From Polyangiales bacterium (lineage in GTDB: Bacteria > Myxococcota_A > Polyangia > Polyangiales > Houyiibacteriaceae), in the NCBI GenBank assembly GCA_041581895.1, contig JBFICQ010000001.1:1-44983 (forward strand): a stretch of DNA of 44,983 nucleotides, written 5' to 3'. Shown in pieces: positions 1 to 8,771 of the stretch (the stretch's first letter is position 1; every line of letters begins with the position of its first letter). The translations under genes were made by a program, and so were the position numbers. The notes under the pieces were generated by a model. That model did no database searches. It saw only the letters and a list, made by a program, of their open reading frames with translations, and was not told the DNA's origin.

Positions 1-654
1 CATCGCGCGGCGTGAAGCTGCCTCCGGGGGCGCTTGTCGCTTCGTCGTCGGAGCATCGGGGCTGTTGCCCAACGCCCCTCGCGCTGCCCCGCCACGCTTG
101 GCACCGATGCCCTGGCTGAGTCGACGGGCTCGCTCTGCACCAGCCTGCGCCTCGCTGGTCGCCATCTCTCCAGCACCACCTTCCTCGAGCGCAGACGCGA
201 GGAACTCGCTCACGTGTCGCACCCTGGTGCGGGCGTCTGGAGCTGGAGTCGAAGGCCCATCGGGCACAGGTGTCTCGATCAACTGTGCTTGCTCGCCCTG
301 CTCGAATACGCCAGGGCTCTCGCGGCCTTCTGCGATTCGTTGCACGAGCGCACGTGACTCGGGATCCATCTTGATGAACTTGATGCCCATACCGGATGGG
401 TTTTGCGGGTCTGCGTCGGATGGGTCGCGACGCCAGACTACACGGCCGACACCATGAATGAGTGTCGACTGATCCTTGAGTAAGAACTCGAACTTGAGCA
501 GCGTACCCACCGCCAACGGCTTCTTCGCTTTGATGAACACGCCGCCGCGAGAGATGTCGTTGCTGTAGCGTTCGATGAAATCCTCGAGCGTAGAGCTCTT
601 GTATCGGATCTTCAGCGAAAGCAGCGTTCGCTTGTCGTTGCGTGCGTCTGCCAT
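1..654 (-). CDS. PilZ-domain protein (myxobacterial TIGR02266-type); C-terminal part runs off the window
   Basis: Absent from the ORF track because it has no stop in the window. The reverse-complement frame from ATG at 654..652 stays open to base 1 (218 codons). The N-terminus MADARNDKRTLLSLKIRYKSSTLEDFIERYSNDISRGGVFIKAKKPLAVGTLLKFEFLL..HGVGRVVWRR has the PilZ DxSxxG core and beta-barrel pattern. The + strand ORFs 34..357 and 65..457 are Arg/Ala/Pro-rich shadow frames. Confidence 0.75.
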   Translation of the reverse strand, partial: MADARNDKRTLLSLKIRYKSSTLEDFIERYSNDISRGGVFIKAKKPLAVGTLLKFEFLLKDQSTLIHGVGRVVWRRDPSDADPQNPSGMGIKFIKMDPESRALVQRIAEGRESPGVFEQGEQAQLIETPVPDGPSTPAPDARTRVRHVSEFLASALEEGGAGEMATSEAQAGAERARRLSQGIGAKRGGAARGALGNSPDAPTTKRQAPPEAASRRAM

Positions 655-732
655 TCGTGTCGTCTGTCGCCCCCAATCTCCAGATTACTCACCGTTTCGT
701 GAAGCAACAAACCTTTCGGCGGAAAAACTCGG

Positions 733-1566
733 TCACCGGCAGGCCAGGTCGAACGACAGGGATGCGCGGAATTTCCGGTTGGCGCCTGACGTAGTCACGA
801 GTCGTACATCGTGGGCGAGCGGAATCCCTCGGTTTACGCCATGAAAATGCGTAACCCAGCGCGTCGTCGAACAGTGACTGATCGATACATGCTCGACGCC
901 GAAACCTAGACGAAAAACGTCGCGGAGCGCGTCGGCAAATGCGCCCGCACTGGAATCGATGACACGGTGAACCGTCGAACGAGGGCGTCCGAGACGCATT
1001 GGGATCTCGACCGCAAGAGCGCAGGCCTCGGCCAGCTCATCGGCTTCAACCTCGACTTCCAGGCCACGGGCGCCCTGTCGAGACGAGACTTGCGCGCCGC
1101 GATTCCACGGCGTGAGCTCGCCGCCGCCATCGCCAAGTATCGACTCGTAGGTACCGCGTAACTCGGGAGCTACCGCGAGCATTGGTGCCAGCGCGAAGTT
1201 TCGCTTCTCGAGCTCGGGATGTGGGAGGCGAAGCTCGCGGCTTTCATGAGCGCCCCGCTCATCCCACAAGAGATCGAGATCGACGCTCCGAGCGCTCCAG
1301 CGTTCGCTATTTTCGCGATCGCGACCGAGGCGCTGTTCCGTCCGAAGAAGGACGCGGAGCAACTCGATGGGCGCTAGCGAAGTATCGAGCCGAAATGCAG
1401 CGTTCAAATAACGGGGCTGCGGCGGGCCGAGGGGCTCGGTCTCATAGAGCGGGGAAACAGCCTCGACTTCGATCCCCCCGCGTGCGTCCAGCAAGACGCG
1501 CGCGGCTCGAATCGACGCCTCGCGCGAACCGAGGTTTGACCCAACACCGACGACGGCAATGCTCAA
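733..1566 (-). CDS. folK: 2-amino-4-hydroxy-6-hydroxymethyldihydropteridine diphosphokinase (HPPK) with a C-terminal extension of about 110 aa
   Basis: TTG start. The N-terminus SIAVVGVGSNLGSREASI..PLYETEPLGPPQPRYLNAA..RWSARSVDLDLL..LRLPHPELEKRNFALAPM is the HPPK signature. The frame continues about 110 codons past the usual end of the domain before the stop at 733. Confidence 0.85.
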   Translation of the reverse strand: MSIAVVGVGSNLGSREASIRAARVLLDARGGIEVEAVSPLYETEPLGPPQPRYLNAAFRLDTSLAPIELLRVLLRTEQRLGRDRENSERWSARSVDLDLLWDERGAHESRELRLPHPELEKRNFALAPMLAVAPELRGTYESILGDGGGELTPWNRGAQVSSRQGARGLEVEVEADELAEACALAVEIPMRLGRPRSTVHRVIDSSAGAFADALRDVFRLGFGVEHVSISHCSTTRWVTHFHGVNRGIPLAHDVRLVTTSGANRKFRASLSFDLACR

Positions 1567-1667
1567 ATCTCATTCCTCGAAAAAGAAGACTGTCCCCTTT
1601 TTTGGCGATTGCGCAATCGGGGCGCTGCATGGTTGTGGGGGTGCAGGAACACGGCTAGGTTGCGCTC

Positions 1668-3107
1668 ATGTCGGAGATGCCGCTTTTCGAACGGCTCGAG
1701 GAGCGGGAACCAGGTGACGGCGAGCGCGTTTTTCGGGTTAGCGAGATCAACCGAGCGGTGCGGCTCACGCTCGAAAACAGTTGGCCGAGCGTGTTGATCG
1801 AAGGCGAGCTTTCCGACGTGCGGCGGGCCAAAGGTCACGTTTACTTCACGCTCAACGACGAGGAGGAGCCGGCCCAACTACGCGGAGTGATGTTTCAATC
1901 GGACGTTCGGCGCACCAAAACCCCGCTCGAAGACGGGGCTCGCGTTCGGTTTCGAGGCAAGCTTTCGTTGTATTTGGCGCGAGGCCAGTTCCAGCTAATC
2001 GCGCGTTCGGCCAGGCCGGCAGGCGAAGGCGATCTCGCAGCTCAGTTTCGGCGGCTTCGAGAAAAGCTAGAAGCCGAAGGGCTACTCGATCCCGAGCGCA
2101 AGCGCCCTTTGCCGCAGCTGCCGCGGGTGGTCGGCGTGGTCACCAGTCGCACCGGGGCGGCGCTTCGGGATATCGTTCGGGTCGCCTCGGAGCGCTGTCC
2201 CGTTCGCCTGGTGGTCGCAGATTGCCGCGTTCAAGGTGAAGATGCCCCACGAACGATCGTCGCCGCTCTCGAAATGGTGCAACGGCTCGAGGAGCTCGAT
2301 GTCGTGATCGTATCGCGGGGCGGTGGCTCGGCAGAGGACCTTTGGGCGTTCAATGACGAGAGCGTGGCCAGGGCAATTGCTGCATGCCGCGTTCCGGTGG
2401 TGAGCGGAGTCGGTCACGAAGTCGATGTAACGATTGCCGATCTCGTGGCAGACGTGCGGGCAGCAACTCCGTCCAACGCCGCCGAGATCGTCGTCCCGGA
2501 ACGCGGAGCCCTGGTTCGCGACCTGCGCTCCCTCGAGCGCCGGCTGAGCCAGGCGCTCGACAATCTGATTGGAGGACTTCGTCTTGGTCTCGAGCGGCTG
2601 CTGCGACCGCTTTACGGCGCGCGTCGCACCGTATCGCCGATCCGAAAGCGGCTTCTGGTGCTTCAAGAGCAAGTCGCACACGCGACACGCGTCGATCTCC
2701 GCAGGCGCCAGGATGAGCTCGCCGAGCTTCGCCTCCGACTCGGACGCCATGACCCTCGTTCGACCCTCCGGCGAGACCGACAAGCACTCGCCCTCGTCGG
2801 AGCGCGGCTTCGCGATGCGGGCCGGTTGCCGATTCAGCGACGACGTCAGCGACTCGTGGCCCTGACCGTTGCCTTGCAGGGACGCGGAAGACCATTGGTG
2901 CGGGAGGCGCGAGCGTCCCATGCACAAGCCCGCGCGAGGCTCGACGCCCTCTCCCCGTTGCGGGTTCTCGAGCGAGGGTACGCGATCGCCCTTCATGAAA
3001 AGACTGGCAGGGCGATCCGGAGCACTGATGAAGTAAAGCACGGAGATCACGTTCGCGTGCGGGTATCGGACGGCGAGCTCACTGCCGAAGTCAAAGGCAA
3101 GACATGA
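1668..3107 (+). CDS. xseA: exodeoxyribonuclease VII large subunit
   Basis: OB-fold N-terminus (VLIEGELSDVRRAKGHVYFTLND). Catalytic core motifs VGVVTSRTGAALRDI, RGGGSAEDLWAFNDE and SGVGHEVDVTIADLVADVRAATPSNAAE. Confidence 0.95.
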   Translation: MSEMPLFERLEEREPGDGERVFRVSEINRAVRLTLENSWPSVLIEGELSDVRRAKGHVYFTLNDEEEPAQLRGVMFQSDVRRTKTPLEDGARVRFRGKLSLYLARGQFQLIARSARPAGEGDLAAQFRRLREKLEAEGLLDPERKRPLPQLPRVVGVVTSRTGAALRDIVRVASERCPVRLVVADCRVQGEDAPRTIVAALEMVQRLEELDVVIVSRGGGSAEDLWAFNDESVARAIAACRVPVVSGVGHEVDVTIADLVADVRAATPSNAAEIVVPERGALVRDLRSLERRLSQALDNLIGGLRLGLERLLRPLYGARRTVSPIRKRLLVLQEQVAHATRVDLRRRQDELAELRLRLGRHDPRSTLRRDRQALALVGARLRDAGRLPIQRRRQRLVALTVALQGRGRPLVREARASHAQARARLDALSPLRVLERGYAIALHEKTGRAIRSTDEVKHGDHVRVRVSDGELTAEVKGKT

Positions 3108-3946
3108 CCGATCCGATCCGACTCGGAATATTCGGTTTCCCCGTCGCACATTCGAAGTCGCCGGAGATGCATCGAGCGGCCGCTCACGCTCTCGGCATTC
3201 ACCTCGAATACGAACGCTTCGAGGTCGCTCCTGCTGACCTTCCCACGGAAGTCGGGGCCAAACACGATCAACGAATCGACGGCTACAACCTGACGCTGCC
3301 CCACAAAGAGGCCATCATCGCCCTGCTCGACGACCTCGCAACCGGCGCCGAAGCGATCGGCGCCGTGAACACCGTGGTCCGAACGGGCGAACGCTACGTC
3401 GGTCACAACACGGATGCGCTCGGCCTCGTGCGCTCACTCGAAGAGGCCGGGGTTCGCGTCGACGACTCGCGGGTCATCGTTCTCGGAGGTGGGGGAGCCG
3501 CCCGCGCTGCCGTCTTCGGACTCGCGGAGGCCGGAGCGGCCGAAATCACGGTGTTGGCGCGGAGGCCGGAGCAGAGCCAGGCGCTGGTCGAATCGTTGGC
3601 GCCCTTCGTCGAAAGCACCCTCGAAGCGGCCTCCCTGAGCGAAGCGAGCTGGCACTTCGATTCAGCCACGCTGGTGATCCAAGCGACGAGCGCGACCTTG
3701 GAGTCCAACCCGCGTGCCGACGAGTTTGCGGCGATGTTGCCGTTCGATGCTTTGCCACCCGACGCAGCAGTGCTTGACCTCGTCTACAAGCCGCTCGAGA
3801 CGGCGGTGCTGGCGCGCGCGGCGAAATGCGGCCTGAAGGTCGTCGATGGCCTGGGCATGCTCGTTCACCAGGGCGCGATTGCCTTCGAGATGTGGACGGG
3901 GGTTCCGGCGCCGATCGACGTGATGCGTGAAGCGCTCCGCGACTGA
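3104..3946 (+). CDS. aroE: shikimate dehydrogenase
   Basis: GIFGFPVAHSKSPEMH, YNLTLPHKEA, GAVNTVV, GHNTDALGL and the Rossmann motif VLGGGGAARA. ATGA overlap with the xseA stop (3104-3107). Confidence 0.9.
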   Translation: MTDPIRLGIFGFPVAHSKSPEMHRAAAHALGIHLEYERFEVAPADLPTEVGAKHDQRIDGYNLTLPHKEAIIALLDDLATGAEAIGAVNTVVRTGERYVGHNTDALGLVRSLEEAGVRVDDSRVIVLGGGGAARAAVFGLAEAGAAEITVLARRPEQSQALVESLAPFVESTLEAASLSEASWHFDSATLVIQATSATLESNPRADEFAAMLPFDALPPDAAVLDLVYKPLETAVLARAAKCGLKVVDGLGMLVHQGAIAFEMWTGVPAPIDVMREALRD

Positions 3947-3991
3947 TGCGCGCGCCCTGGGTGGCGGCGGGACCCGGCGCCCCGCAAAGGA

Positions 3992-4507
3992 TCATTCGGG
4001 CCCGAGCTCCGCGACCCCAAACACCTCGGCAGCATGAACGAACACCAGCTCCTCGGCTTCCATGATGGGCTCGGGAGACGCATCGATCCCGAGCGTACAG
4101 TCCTCAATCGCGAAAAACTCTTCGGACTGCATGAGCTCGTCGGAGACCCGGACTCCTTTGGGAAGCGGAAGAGTGCCCATCACCAGGCCCCCATCGAAGA
4201 GACAAGTGACCTCGTGCCGCACGTGGGCATTGGGCTCGTGAATCCCGAGCTTCACATCTTCACCTGGTACCACGACGAAAACGGCTTTGCGCTGAAGCGC
4301 GAGGAATGGAATCGTTCGCGGCTGCTCGGGCAGGCTCACGTTGGTCATCCGAAAGAACGCGTCGTCTCCGTTCAGGAACGGTAAGAGCCCCATTCCTTCG
4401 GGGACGTGCAACGTCCCAATCACCCAACCGGTGGGCGTGAAAAGTCTGACCGTGCTCTTCAAGGTGTTCACTTTCCGCGCTCTAGATACCCGATACCACA
4501 CAACCAC
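3992..4507 (-). CDS. hypothetical protein with an internal tandem duplication
   Basis: 171-aa ORF lying 39 nt downstream of, and co-oriented with, the sigma-54 activator. It has two similar halves, each carrying G(T)L(H/P)(V/L)P(E/K)G...(D/E)xFF(R/A)(M/I). I recognise no family. Confidence 0.6.
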   Translation of the reverse strand: MVVWYRVSRARKVNTLKSTVRLFTPTGWVIGTLHVPEGMGLLPFLNGDDAFFRMTNVSLPEQPRTIPFLALQRKAVFVVVPGEDVKLGIHEPNAHVRHEVTCLFDGGLVMGTLPLPKGVRVSDELMQSEEFFAIEDCTLGIDASPEPIMEAEELVFVHAAEVFGVAELGPE

Positions 4508-4546
4508 TGCGAGGAGGATCGCAGGAGGCGCACCTACGGGCGGTTT

Positions 4547-6103
4547 TCAGGCGTTTCTGGGTGTGGAGGGCGTTCCCTCGACGTGCTTGGCGATCGTCCG
4601 TCGGTCGACGCCGAGGGCGCGGCCGGCGCCCGCATACGTTCCTGTCTTGGCATAGGCCCATGCGCTGTACGCCGCGGTGACTTCGTCGAGTGCCGCGTCG
4701 GTGTTTCGCATCCGCTCGAAGAGCCCCTCGAGGCCCTCGGACGCGACTAGCAACGCAGGCGGATCGTAACAGCCATGAATGAGCACGTTGCGCACGCACT
4801 GCTCGAGCTCCCGCATGTTCCCGGGCCAGGGGTAATCGAGGCCGACACTCTGCTCGATGCTCGTCATGACTTCTGCGATGCTATCCGGATCCGATCCTCC
4901 GAGGTTTCGCTGTACCAGTATCGTCACGAGCCGCTCGAGCTCGTCGCGGACGTTGCTCGAAAGTTGCTCGCAGAGGGAGGGCGTTCGAATGATGTCTGCG
5001 CAGAGCCGATAGTAGAGGTCCTGACGAAATCGTCCTGCCTTCATCTCTTCGGAGAGGTCGCGGTTGGTCGCGGCGACGATCTTTCCGCCAAACGACCGCG
5101 GCGCGCTATCTCCGAGGCGATGGAAGGTGCGCGCCTGAAGCACGCGAAGGAGCTTCACCTGCACCTCGCCGTCGAGCTCCCCAATCTCATCGAGGAACAC
5201 CGTATCCGATTCTGATTTGTCCTCGAAGTGACCTTTTCGATCGGCATTGGCGCCGGTAAACGCACCCTTCTTGTGACCAAAAATCTCGGATTCGATCAGA
5301 TTCTTCGACATCGCGGCGAGATTCAATGGATGAAACGTCCACCGAAAGTCTCGCGTGAAGCACCGTCTCGACGGGTCGAACGCGATGTAGCTCGACAGGC
5401 CGAGCGCACTGGCGACGAGCTCCTTGCCGGTGCCGGATGGACCGAGAATCAACGTGCTGACCTCGTGCATGCGGCCGTGGAGGTGACCGAGATAGCGCCA
5501 CACGTCATGCGTGAACAACGACTCCCAAACACTGGCCCGAAGCCTTGCTGCTGCGGCCGAAGCTCCGAGGATTTGATGAAAGACGAAATGAAAAGCTCGC
5601 CGCGATTGAAAGAAGAGAGAAAAAAGGTCGGCGGGGGAGCGAGCCCAGGACGGAGGCGCAATACGCGCGAAGAGCGTGTGGAAGTCTTTTTGGAAATCGT
5701 CGAAGAACGCGACATCGGTCGGTGTCGGCTCCGTCATGATCCAATCGAAGAGCTGTCCTTCGTAACGGTAGTAAAGAACGTAAAGCGCAACTCCACGAAT
5801 GAGCTCGAGCTCGCGGTCCGTCGGTCGTGCTCCGGTCTCGAGCTGCGATAGGGCGCGGGCCAGCTCCCGTTCGGCTTCCTCTCGAATGGCCGGGAGCACC
5901 GGGTCTTCGAGGGGCCAGTCGATCGGCCGGTTCCAAAGCACCGATCGCGCTGCCTCTTCCCCGACGATGATCGCCTCGAGCGCGGGACGCTCGGGACCAA
6001 AGGGATTGCTGAATCCAAGCCTACCGATGGCGTCGAGGCGCGCAGCAGTTTGAGAGTCAAACACGTACATAAATTGTATGGCATGTGTACATTTCATGTC
6101 CAT
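4547..6103 (-). CDS. sigma-54-dependent transcriptional activator (bacterial enhancer-binding protein) with an unassigned N-terminal domain
   Basis: AAA+ core with Walker A GPSGTGKE, the sigma-54 contact loop GAFTGA, Walker B VFLDEIGEL, LLRVLQ..FHRLG and RFRQDLYYRL. C-terminal HTH AGRALGVDRRTIAKHV. The longest ORF starts at 6103. The ATG at 6070 (MYVFDSQ...) is an alternative start that would leave the AT-rich 6071-6103 stretch intergenic. Confidence 0.9.
   Translation of the reverse strand: MDMKCTHAIQFMYVFDSQTAARLDAIGRLGFSNPFGPERPALEAIIVGEEAARSVLWNRPIDWPLEDPVLPAIREEAERELARALSQLETGARPTDRELELIRGVALYVLYYRYEGQLFDWIMTEPTPTDVAFFDDFQKDFHTLFARIAPPSWARSPADLFSLFFQSRRAFHFVFHQILGASAAAARLRASVWESLFTHDVWRYLGHLHGRMHEVSTLILGPSGTGKELVASALGLSSYIAFDPSRRCFTRDFRWTFHPLNLAAMSKNLIESEIFGHKKGAFTGANADRKGHFEDKSESDTVFLDEIGELDGEVQVKLLRVLQARTFHRLGDSAPRSFGGKIVAATNRDLSEEMKAGRFRQDLYYRLCADIIRTPSLCEQLSSNVRDELERLVTILVQRNLGGSDPDSIAEVMTSIEQSVGLDYPWPGNMRELEQCVRNVLIHGCYDPPALLVASEGLEGLFERMRNTDAALDEVTAAYSAWAYAKTGTYAGAGRALGVDRRTIAKHVEGTPSTPRNA
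6065..6094. promoter_or_regulatory. candidate enhancer (UAS) for the sigma-54 activator
   Basis: Unusually AT-rich stretch ACGTACATAAATTGTATGGCATGTGTACATTT. GTACAT occurs at 6065-6070 and 6087-6092, 22 bp apart. An imperfect inverted repeat AAATTGTA..TACATTT is centred about 95-100 nt upstream of the predicted start of the sigma-54 promoter. Confidence 0.3.
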
Positions 6104-6153
6104 GACCGCGAAGCTCAGAGCTTTTTTCGCTGTAATTTCAGTGGCTTTCGGCT

Positions 6154-6169
6154 TGGCATAGCTCCTGCT
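6154..6169 (+). promoter_or_regulatory. sigma-54 (-24/-12) promoter of the pspA-like operon
   Basis: TGGCATAGCTCCTGCT has GG at 6155-6156 and GC at 6167-6168, the canonical spacing of TGGCACG-N4-TTGCW. It lies 24 nt upstream of the pspA ATG, with AGGAGG at 6182-6187. The activator gene is divergent. Confidence 0.65.
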
Positions 6170-6192
6170 GTAGCTGTCTGCAGGAGGTTGCC

Positions 6193-6828
6193 ATGAATCG
6201 AGTGAAGCGTTGGACGATGAGCGTGACCAGTTGGGTGGACGGCGTGCTGGCGCAGGTCGAAAACCACGAGGCCACGGTCAACTCCGCGATCGCAAGGGTC
6301 CGAAGGTCGACCGCCCAGGCGCGTGTCCAGATTCGGCGGGTAGAGCGCGATACGCAAGCGCTTCGCGACTCGCTCGCCAGCGAGGAGGAAGCCGTCGTCG
6401 CCTGGAGGCGCAGGGCCAAGGCTGCCCTCGATGACGAAAGAGCGCTCGAATGCCTGCGTCGACGCAAAGCGGCGGAGCGCCGGGTGGTCGCCCTGCGACG
6501 GCGCCTCGCCGAGCAAGAACGCACGCACAAGGAGCTCGCTCAGGGCATCAAGATCTTGCACGGAAGGCTTTCCGAGCTCACCGAGCGCAAGAACGTCATG
6601 CGAGCGCGGGAGTCTCATGCGGAAGCCGCCCACGGCATGACGAGCGCCGCGGGTCCGATCGGAGACCTCGAGGATGTGTTTGACCGTTGGGAATCTCGGC
6701 TGGGCGAGATCGAGATCGCAACCGACTACGTCGAGCCGGTCGACGCTTTCGAGGCGGAGATCGACGAAGAGGAAGAAAACCGCGCTTTGCAAATCGAGCT
6801 CGAGGAGCTCCGCGCGGAGCAGGACTAG
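6193..6828 (+). CDS. pspA: PspA/IM30 family protein
   Basis: Long coiled-coil protein. The N-terminus LAQVENHEATVNSAIARVRRSTAQARVQIRRVERDTQAL...KAALDDERALECLRRRKAAE...RKNVMRARE is typical of PspA/IM30, and the tail is acidic. Confidence 0.8.
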   Translation: MNRVKRWTMSVTSWVDGVLAQVENHEATVNSAIARVRRSTAQARVQIRRVERDTQALRDSLASEEEAVVAWRRRAKAALDDERALECLRRRKAAERRVVALRRRLAEQERTHKELAQGIKILHGRLSELTERKNVMRARESHAEAAHGMTSAAGPIGDLEDVFDRWESRLGEIEIATDYVEPVDAFEAEIDEEEENRALQIELEELRAEQD

Positions 6829-6836
6829 GAGGCTTG

Positions 6837-8045
6837 GTGGAAACCCGACTTCAACGACTATTTCAGGGCCTCCGCTTGTGTGGCGCCGCGATGATCGTCA
6901 CCGCAGCGGGCACCTTTTTGGTGCAAAGCTGGGATCGGGTGGGCGATGTCCGTCGGTATCTCTGCTTGCTCGCGATGACCGGAGCCCTTCCCGTATTGGC
7001 ATACCTATGCGGAATTCGGCTTCGCGAGAGTCGGAGCGCACGGGCGTTCCTGATCACGCTCCTCGCCTTATTGCCCATTCATGCAGGGGTGCTCGGGGGA
7101 TTCGTGCTCTCGCAGTTTGGAGAAGTGCACAGGGCGACCGCGGGCGTTGCGCAATGGGTGGCGCCAAGTCCCGTCGCCGCCACATTGCTGGTGCTCGGCG
7201 CAGGTTTGGTGCTGGCTCCTCTCGTATGGAGCGCGTTTCGGGTGCTTTGTCGCGAGCATGCAGGAGCTCTCACTGTAACTAGCCTTTTCGCGCACGGACT
7301 GGTGTTGATCCCGGATCGAAGCGCGCTGGGGGCAACTTTCGTGGTCGTGCCCATCCTCGGCGCGGCGACCTGGCGCGGATTGCACGTGAAGCCAAAAACG
7401 ACCGAAGCCAAAATCGCGGTCGCATCGTTGATCACGCCCGCGCTTCTGGTGGTCGCACGTCAGGTGTTGTTCTACGACGTTTCCTGGGTGTTTTGGGGAA
7501 CGGTGCTCGGCGCTTGTGCAGTGGCGCTTGTTGCGCTCGGCGAGCACACCGGCGACAAGACCCTGACTCGCTTCAGCGTAGTCCCCACTCTTCTGTCGGT
7601 CGGTGCGCTTTGGGCGGAGCTCAGGTTCTCACTTTCGGCCGCGGAATGGTTCCTCACCTATGGGCTCCTGACCGCTATCCCGATGTTGGCGTTCGCCTGG
7701 AAGACCCCTTCCTCGCGAAGCTTCTTCGTCGCGACGGCAGCGACGGTGAACTCGATCTTGGTTGGTTTGGTGGTCCTTTTCGACCCAAGCCCATGGGCCT
7801 CGTTCGAAGCGATCGCGCTCGGCCTCGGGTTGGCGAGCTACGGCTTCCTCCGGGGGCGACGGTTCCCGCTCTACTCGGGCATCGCGCTCGTCGGACCTGG
7901 GTTCATCACCGAGGTCGCCCATGCGATCGAGGTCTTTCGGCCGAGCGGGTGGCTCGCTCTGGTGACCTTTGGGCTCATGCTCGTCGCGTTGACCGCGTGG
8001 CTCGAGCATCGCGCCCGCCAACTAACCCCGCCGAATAGTGGCTGA
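6837..8045 (+). CDS. polytopic integral membrane protein (about 10-12 hydrophobic helices), unknown family
   Basis: The ORF track frame 6687..8045 has an Arg-rich start that overlaps pspA. GTG at 6837 (or TTG at 6834) sits just after the pspA stop and a GGAGG. The rest is repeated hydrophobic segments. Confidence 0.7.
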   Translation: METRLQRLFQGLRLCGAAMIVTAAGTFLVQSWDRVGDVRRYLCLLAMTGALPVLAYLCGIRLRESRSARAFLITLLALLPIHAGVLGGFVLSQFGEVHRATAGVAQWVAPSPVAATLLVLGAGLVLAPLVWSAFRVLCREHAGALTVTSLFAHGLVLIPDRSALGATFVVVPILGAATWRGLHVKPKTTEAKIAVASLITPALLVVARQVLFYDVSWVFWGTVLGACAVALVALGEHTGDKTLTRFSVVPTLLSVGALWAELRFSLSAAEWFLTYGLLTAIPMLAFAWKTPSSRSFFVATAATVNSILVGLVVLFDPSPWASFEAIALGLGLASYGFLRGRRFPLYSGIALVGPGFITEVAHAIEVFRPSGWLALVTFGLMLVALTAWLEHRARQLTPPNSG

Positions 8046-8192
8046 GCCCGGTGCCAAACTGTCCGCGGCCGGCCCGGACGCGATGTCACAATGGCACGCA
8101 TCGGTGGGAAGCCGCACCAATCGGCTCCTGTAATCATTGACCAATTGCCGCCAGAGGATCTGGCACGTCTTTCGCACTGCAAACGGGTATTC

Positions 8193-8633
8193 ATGCGCCG
8201 AATGGGTATTCACGTTCTTCTCGTCTTCTCGCTCGTGGTCGTGACCGCGGTGGTTACCGACGCCATCGTGGTCACCGACCGCGAGCGAATGGAAGAGTTC
8301 GTCGAATCGGTCACCGGTCGCGTTTCGGACACACGGATCGACAACGCCCTGAGCTATGCCGACCCATCGAAAGTCAGCATGGAGCTCGTTCACAATGGCC
8401 GCCGCCATCGCTACGACGACGAGAACGCAGGAACACTCAAGCCAGACGCACGAAAAGCTCTAGCAACGCTCTCGGGCTCGAGGCTCCGATTGATCCAAGA
8501 GAGCATCTCGCTCGACGGCGAGCGCGCACGGGTCGCGCTTCGACTGCGAACCAACGCCGGTCTCGCCAATACGGTATTCGATCTCTGGCGCGAAGACGAT
8601 CGATGGCTCCTGCGCCGTGTGACAGTCAATTGA
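8193..8633 (+). CDS. membrane-anchored hypothetical protein
   Basis: MRRMGIHVLLVFSLVVVTAVVTDAIVV is an N-terminal anchor, followed by a soluble domain of about 110 aa. The longest ORF starts at 8091. The start is chosen at the Met preceding the anchor. Confidence 0.5.
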   Translation: MRRMGIHVLLVFSLVVVTAVVTDAIVVTDRERMEEFVESVTGRVSDTRIDNALSYADPSKVSMELVHNGRRHRYDDENAGTLKPDARKALATLSGSRLRLIQESISLDGERARVALRLRTNAGLANTVFDLWREDDRWLLRRVTVN

Positions 8634-8771
8634 AATTGAACGCAAGCCGTAGGCCCTCGCAGTCGATGCCTTGAACGCGCAGGAGCTTGGTTCGGGCGCG
8701 GTGTCCCCGCGTCACCGAATTCTCGTTATCTTCAATGCGTAGTCCGCTCATCGTTGCCAAAACCAATCCAC

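Noticed and set aside
6997-7010. A second sigma-54-like element, TGGCATACCTATGC, inside the membrane-protein gene
   Set aside because: The GG-to-GC spacing is one nucleotide short of the obligatory -24/-12 spacing, and the element lies inside a coding region. Other TGGCAC occurrences (about 91, 19300 and 43090) also lack a correctly spaced GC.
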